A stretch of 64,000 nt of DNA, taken from NCBI GenBank assembly GCA_965228855.1, contig CBDDIJ010000002.1, positions 2,016,001 through 2,080,000 on the forward strand, given 5' to 3'. This document shows, piece by piece, positions 62,701 through 64,000 of this stretch. The notes beneath the pieces were generated by a model. The model was not told where the DNA came from. It was given only the letters and a program-made list of their open reading frames with translations, and did not search any database. Every line of letters begins with the position of its first letter. Positions within the stretch are counted from its first letter, which is position 1. This DNA comes from Candidatus Obscuribacterales bacterium. Lineage in GTDB: Bacteria > Cyanobacteriota > Vampirovibrionia > Obscuribacterales > Obscuribacteraceae. Both the position numbers and the translations under genes were made by a program.

Positions 62701-63999
62701 AGAGATTGCCACCTCCGAAAGTATAAGCTGGTGTCTATCCTGGTCTAGTTGTTTGAAAACCTCCAGGTAAACCTTTCCGGCCTCTGCGTATTCCGCATCG
62801 AAATAAAGCTCCGAGGCCTCTTTGAGTTTTCGCGCAATCCAGTTGGACGGAATTGTGGAGAGCTCGAGTTTGTCCGCGACCTTTTGAATGCGATCTTTGG
62901 CTTGACGACCAGCTTTGAACGTGTTCTGTGTTAGTTTGGCAAATTGTATTCCGGGATTTTTCTTCTGTCTCTGTCTATCGAGCACCGATGAGTCGATCGC
63001 GTCATAGGCATCGGCAAAGTCAAACTGCAATATTTTCGTTTGGTCATCTACGCCCATCGCGGATGCAGACGTGTCTATTTCAGAGGTTTCTTTATAGATT
63101 GGTTGCGAGCCTGTGTCTCTTGTGGCAACCGGCAGATGAGCACGCCCGTGGGTCCCAGCTTCATCCGCCGATTTGGGAAGCTGTTCCAAATCTTCCGGAG
63201 GGGCGCCGAGGTGCGGTATCGTATTCGGTGCAGCCCAGAGCATGCGTCTGATGACGGTAACTGTTTGTCTAATATGTTCAGACTCGTGTTCCAGAAGTTT
63301 TGCAAATACTGTTGAGCTATCAGGGTCAAGCAAATCTTTTCGTTTGAAAAGAATGCATTCGTCGCCGCCGCTTAGACTCCTATATAACGAAGGATCCACT
63401 GCAAGACAGAATATCGAAGCATGGATGAGCCATCGCGAGAAATTGTCAACGTTAGGATCGAAGTGGTTCTCATTGCGGTTTGGATGTTGATAGTTTGGAT
63501 GACCGAATTCCAAACTCTTCAATCCGGATAGGGCCGGAACAAAAAGCGTGTCATAGTCAACGAGTCTCAGACCCTTGTCTGTTACGATGATGTTTCCGTG
63601 CTGGAGGTCTCCATGGCCGATGCCGGCACCCTCCAACTCTCCAACCATTTGATGAAAACCTTTGAGTAGGTTTGTCATCTTGTTGGTATCACTGTAAGAC
63701 TGTTCGATGTATCTGTCGAGTGTCATCCCCTCAACCCACGTCATTTTCAGGCAGGGGTACCATTTCCCTCTGACTTTGATGCCCTTGTCCAGGTAGTAAA
63801 AATCAACCGTTGATTCGAGGTTGTCGAAAAGGACAAAGTCGGAGATGTGCTGGTAGCGGGCTTTCTGTTCGATTCTATTGTTGAGAAAACAGCGCACCGC
63901 CCATGAGGCCTCTCCATCGGTAGCTTTATATACACTTGCAAACGACCCGCTTGCCGCATGTGGTAAGCCTATCTTGTTGGTTGCAATCTTGGCGTTGCG
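59782..63999 (-). CDS. Large protein (>1400 aa, 5'-truncated by the window edge) with an N-terminal atypical Ser/Thr kinase and a long alpha-helical repeat region
   Basis: Frame is open to the edge (..GLPHAASGSFASVYK..WAVRCF); MTWVEG, HGDLQHGNI, LVDYD, GHPNYQHP; then TPR/HEAT-like helices. Confidence 0.85.
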   Translation of the reverse strand, partial: RNAKIATNKIGLPHAASGSFASVYKATDGEASWAVRCFLNNRIEQKARYQHISDFVLFDNLESTVDFYYLDKGIKVRGKWYPCLKMTWVEGMTLDRYIEQSYSDTNKMTNLLKGFHQMVGELEGAGIGHGDLQHGNIIVTDKGLRLVDYDTLFVPALSGLKSLEFGHPNYQHPNRNENHFDPNVDNFSRWLIHASIFCLAVDPSLYRSLSGGDECILFKRKDLLDPDSSTVFAKLLEHESEHIRQTVTVIRRMLWAAPNTIPHLGAPPEDLEQLPKSADEAGTHGRAHLPVATRDTGSQPIYKETSEIDTSASAMGVDDQTKILQFDFADAYDAIDSSVLDRQRQKKNPGIQFAKLTQNTFKAGRQAKDRIQKVADKLELSTIPSNWIARKLKEASELYFDAEYAEAGKVYLEVFKQLDQDRHQLILSEVAISLGYCFGMTGQYSVATNYFLLFLNEGKRRFDIDRRQNEVASDEIRDAAFLLAICKFDDSNETAAIKVILDYQVHFIDLAQMVGEERRNVYIYRWNTYRFLQAAALKIARSNRDATLVYDLVKSASLIFMQLLLSDSNDCSEDLLDSYMELIGIMPKLESMTVLTERTKKLYFAFAEACYAKGFYEQGKTASFCGAVLQNSIEGSQNEAMLTLANLGHTNVEDFARLALVAGKYLNASSILKLLVNVSHFFKQMDSHSESLDALRVASRIAPLCDGGESRLVVEALESLDDATILTCLSESYFAASCPQRVRDDFILRLADFSRQNILSIVIRLLVAADPLPKLAVIFHKLAEHCDHALFHHVMITGAQASEEKDSEVHAQIINEACDIAVKTAIENLKSAMSPIDKERFNNFSWNHYYAQISVLENFRNHFIQLEDSDSAKNIFSVLISDEYREVVSNWFFNLVATSSFDRYVGFILDLTREGQLDWLERICSMIVSNGHMTVLDGILKQLVAEGNISELFDLAKLLVEHGKLVVFANITRELARSSDHNQLIELTDAAIACRNDGTVYAASIVAHLIQQKQTQKASRLLVHLHENGKLSRLSFDFNEILAAPYQESIFDKLIRQNEFGTLAELTCCIATTMNLNGLRKFYNVLQTGASSEEGFKVTQLAFEQCCTKLDALLFVPALFEEQRIIDPDLQVAYRELNSSMEALHKIRSFIGRENFERLIAQGPHNIFSESIHEKYDGLSTAWAVDLARQQNLMLLNTYTIEQALLGKTKTLLAIAERLAAEEKREALYSVTTNLILGGQLERALDIALSLAQNHIYEAKGVLTLVVREAPDETALYIVIERCADLNTVLADLMVRHLTLIGRADILKPMALRFANYNKTTALHLVLTQLLAIDQDFLPFLRRLCDTQDQTEVEAIATWLVSSGLTGIIRERVENLHVFNQLDLAAEWERFLPPKKINAEKTDQE

Positions 64000-64000
64000 C

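Overview
Gene-dense bacterial chromosomal window of roughly 50% GC (estimated by eye). The gene content (kinase-TM-LRR proteins, multi-MshEN proteins, many TPR proteins, an orphan DUF6088) suggests a non-photosynthetic Cyanobacteria relative such as Vampirovibrionia/Obscuribacterales; this is inference only. Housekeeping genes are ribA/ribBA (partial), a thiolase, ligA, an aminotransferase, dedA, selB and tRNA-Phe(GAA). Accessory modules: (1) tandem exported TPR plus double-retropepsin proteases; (2) tandem Ser/Thr kinase-TM-LRR genes; (3) an aromatic acyl-CoA operon (paaK, hotdog thioesterase, an Oah/BamA-like crotonase with a zinc ribbon, paaF- and paaG-like genes); (4) a divergent envelope locus, AMMECR1 / alpha-2-macroglobulin / VanW facing away from a Tat-signal transpeptidase / SpoIID; (5) an AT-rich region with three 23-bp direct repeats upstream of an orphan DUF6088 (AbiEi-like) gene; (6) a four-gene operon of PP2C phosphatase, YegI-type kinase, nicotinamidase-like cysteine hydrolase and vWA protein (a TerY-P triad plus an extra enzyme); (7) a >1400-aa kinase/helical-repeat protein cut by the right edge. 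Modules 4 and 6, with the adjacent repeat/DUF6088 locus, are the best candidates for undescribed systems. All product calls come from motif recognition by eye; no database search was run.
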